This document shows positions 60,640-64,000 of a stretch of DNA of 64,000 nucleotides, piece after piece; within the stretch, counting starts at the first letter, position 1, and each line of letters opens with the position of its first letter. The stretch comes from Bugula neritina (taxonomy: Eukaryota; Animalia; Bryozoa): contig OZ037772.1 in assembly GCA_964035545.1 (NCBI GenBank), positions 7,672,889 to 7,736,888 on the forward strand, in the 5' to 3' direction. The notes below the pieces were generated by a model, which was not told the DNA's origin, did not search any database, and saw only the letters and a list, made by a program, of their open reading frames with translations. The translations under genes were made by a program, and so were the position numbers.

Positions 60640-61791
60640 TATTGGTATGTTTTATTTTTTTGCTCTCGTGGTTGCATGATTTTGTTTTGATTTTAGATAA
60701 TAAATGAATTATTAGAAAGAGATGAGATGAACAAATAAACTGAAAGACAATAGCAGGCTGCTAAATATATTATTTGTTACCCTATTATTATGCATACAAA
60801 TATGTGAAATATTCAATTGCTTTTAGCTATGTACATGCCTTTCAAAATAAATATTTCCATTAGTAAAAAGCAACATTTTAAAATAAGTTCCAGATAATTA
60901 TGACGTATAGGATAAAAGTTTTGAAAGGCTAAAATGACGACTAAAAGAAAGCATGTGTAACCTAGCATGCCTTGTAAGTGCAAATTCTGACAGTAAAACT
61001 CTTTTGATTTACTGTTTAAAATTTGAAAGATAATAGTATTTACACCGGGTAAAATAAATTGATTTTTTATAGCTCTGGTTTTGAATGGCACTTAATTTCA
61101 CAAACACATATTTAATTAATACTGCAACTTTTGCATAGTTTATTTACTTTGCATCTATATTAAAACAAAAGGTATTAATTTGTTTTACTGAATGAGATGT
61201 TCAACTTGTTAATTTTCTATGTCAACAAAATGAGTGGTCAGTTAATGTTAAACTTCTTGTTCTATCAGAATTCTTTATCTTTATAAATCAATTACACTTA
61301 TCACTATAGATTTAGCCAGCTGAGGCTGACATTGATTGTGATACTTTACATACGTGTTGACAGATGATAGTATTTACTTCCCTCCATCTAATTTCAAACA
61401 GGCTTAATGTATTTTTTTTGTCAACAAACACAACTATATAATAACCCCAGGCTTGTTTGTTCTTGTGGCATTATTTATTTACATAGTATACTTCTGCTGC
61501 TCTCATGCCTTATCTGAAGGCAACTTCCTTCCCGATTGGTGCAGTAGCACTTAGTTGTTTAAGTTAATTATTTCTAGGCATAGATTGCTCCTCTTTCAAT
61601 TAGAACTTATTCCTCAGGTATATCAAATCCTTGACTATTGATGGTAGAAACTCTGTCTTTTGTTCTTGTAAATTGACCTAAATTGATTTATAATAAAGTA
61701 ATATCTATGTAATAACGATATTGTTATTTTAAGTGATTAAGTTTACCACTTGAGTTGTGAACTTTTTTCATTTGATTGCTAGAAATGTTTT

Positions 61792-62240
61792 AAGTTGCGT
61801 TTATACCTCTGCTGAAAAAAGTACCGAGTTTAGGTTAATAACGCTTTTCCGGGTACCCCTTTATAGTCAAACTTAAACTCGTTGAAATCATATTGATGCG
61901 GTTGCTCACTTTCTGAAATTGAAATTTGACTCGCATAATAGCTATTTGATGCCCTTTGTAAATGTCGTGAATTAGTGAAGCGGAAAGCATAAAAGCGATA
62001 ATTGAGAAAGCGTAGGCTATATAATTATAACCGTATAAGTACGTTGTTTAATCGCCAAAGTAATAACTAAATAACGGTGTTTACAAGGAGTTATTACTCC
62101 TATTCTAAAATTGGCCGATTAAGTTATCACAGTACAAAAATTTCAACGGGTGGCTTTTACAATGCAATGCAACTCGGAGAAATTTCAACCCGGCCAAATT
62201 GAAATTTTGACCGAAAATCGTGAAGGTATAAACGCAACTT
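61792..62240. mobile_element. Non-autonomous DNA transposon (MITE-like)
   Basis: Perfect 17-bp terminal inverted repeats AAGTTGCGTTTATACCT and AGGTATAAACGCAACTT, with no ORF inside and T/A-rich flanks. Confidence 0.6.
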
Positions 62241-62916
62241 TATTAAAATTGTTTTTTAACCAAATGATGCAGTTGGGCAATCAATATTATCAACAATAAA
62301 CTTTATATTTTAGATAGAGACCTTATTTGTACTTCATATAGTTGCTGAAGTGCAGATCAAAGAAAATGTAGCAGGGTAGGTTAGATTTACATATTACGGG
62401 TTTTTTCTTTAGAGCAAATAGTTTATACTGTATTATAGTTTGCGTCAAGCAGCCAACTAAGCAACGCCCATTGATTTCATTCTCCGATTGTCTAAAAAAG
62501 TTTAAACTTTCACAACATGTTGAGTGGACAAACTTGTTCAATTGAACTGGAACTTTATATAGTAAGTTTTGGTGAATTGCAAAACTATTCATTCAAATAA
62601 TTTTTTGAGTTGATTAACTTAATTTATATTATAATAGTCATAGCGAAGAGAGATAAAGACTTCTTACAAATCCTGGCCTTAAGATTTATGAATTGCCTTC
62701 TATAATGATTATTTGAAACTCTTCAGTGCAACTACCAGCAGTCAAATTTGAGTCATTTTTAAACGTGATGATGTGAATAGTTTTTTGATTTTTTAAAAAA
62801 TGTAAATAACAAAAAAACCTAAAAGTCAAAACATTTTCTACTTATGTTAATAAAATCATCCTTGTTTTTAGATAGCATACATGCAGTTGCATAACAGCAT
62901 ACTTGTCTGGTTTTAG

Positions 62917-63869
62917 TGTGAAGTTTCTGAAAGTTACGAAGAATGATCTAACCAAACCTCCAAAAGTTGATGAAGATGCAGAATATTTTCATTTTACCAG
63001 CTTGACTGAAGATAAGAATAACCAAGGTTCCTATTTTTTAGCCAGCCAACAAGTGATTCAAAGCACTCAAGACTTTATTAGTTTTACAGATGTTGCTGGC
63101 TCACCACGTTCTGATTGGTACCAGAGTGGTACAGATGCCATGTTTGGAGAAATTAATGGGATGGCGACCACAAAAAGTTTTTCATCTAGTGTTTTTGTAG
63201 CAGATAACACATATCATTGTATACGCGAGGTGGTGCTAGAAAGAACTGAAGGGGTGTTGACATATTTAGATAGAGAAATAGGAGGAATGTGTGAAACCAG
63301 TGGCTCCATTGACGGTGCTCGTGGGATTGCTCGGATTTCTAGTCCCTTTGACCTAATAGAGGATTCTCCAAAAAGACTTTTATTTTCAGAAAAAAGAAAA
63401 ATAAGAACTTTAACTTTTGAAAAAAATAATTGGATAGTTGGGACTATCAGACCATTGAGGGAAGACATCCACAGACTTGCCATTCATCCTAAATATAACA
63501 CTATATTGATGACAACCATCTCGAAGATATTGACTTATGAGAATGGTTACGTGAATGACCTTATAGGATCATCCAGTGGACACAAAGATGGGTTCTTTAT
63601 CAATGCACAATTTGACAATCCACAGCAGTTACTCTTTTTAGGTGAAAAAGTCCTTTTGATAGCTGATAAAAATAATCATGTGGTGCGGGTGATAGATCTC
63701 AACACATTAATTATTTCCACCATATGCAGTCCTAAACCACATTTAGCAGCTGAAGGTACATCCATTACGGACTGTCAAATGAGTCACCCTCACCTTTTGA
63801 TAAATGATAGACAAAAGAATTTGGTTTACATAATTGACTCAAAGGGGATCAAATTTCTAAGCTATAAAA
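62917..63869 (+). CDS. N9: NHL-repeat beta-propeller exon (5' micro-exons not resolved; 3' exons beyond the right edge)
   Basis: Acceptor ttttag|62917 and phase-1 donor 63869|gtatgt. Motifs AMFGEING, VFVADNTYHCIREV and GHKDGFFINAQFDNPQQLLF..LLIADKNNHVVRVI. Most similar to N8. Confidence 0.85.
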
Positions 63870-64000
63870 GTATGTAACCAGCATATTGGTATTGCTTATT
63901 GCTATTGGTAGTAAAACACAACCATTTGCAAATGTGAAATACTTTTTCAGATTTTTACCTTGTTTGTGTCCGTGTGTGCTTTTGGACAATTTTCGAACAT

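Overview
This is AT-rich eukaryotic DNA with spliceosomal introns, most likely from an invertebrate animal; the taxon cannot be read from the sequence. The window is dominated by a tandem array of paralogous type I membrane protein genes. Each follows the same plan: two micro-exons encoding a signal peptide, one ~950-nt exon encoding an NHL-repeat beta-propeller, a Thr/Pro-rich stalk plus TM exon, and a highly variable cytoplasmic tail. I can reconstruct 8 intact propeller exons (N1, N2, N4-N9), one decayed propeller exon with an intact TM and tail (N3), and one TM+tail unit with no propeller (A). Several tails carry tyrosine motifs: ITIM-like sites, repeated KDYE(N) exons and a YYYYY run. A 14-exon DEG/ENaC channel gene (1019 aa) sits inside the array and has an obligatory ~505-codon mucin-like exon ending in a furin site. 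Non-coding features include two minimal type I hammerhead ribozymes between (TA)n tracts, six copies of a tRNA-derived SINE, an RTE-LINE fragment, a MITE-like element and many microsatellites. All gene models were built by hand from GT-AG sites and reading-frame continuity, with no transcript evidence.
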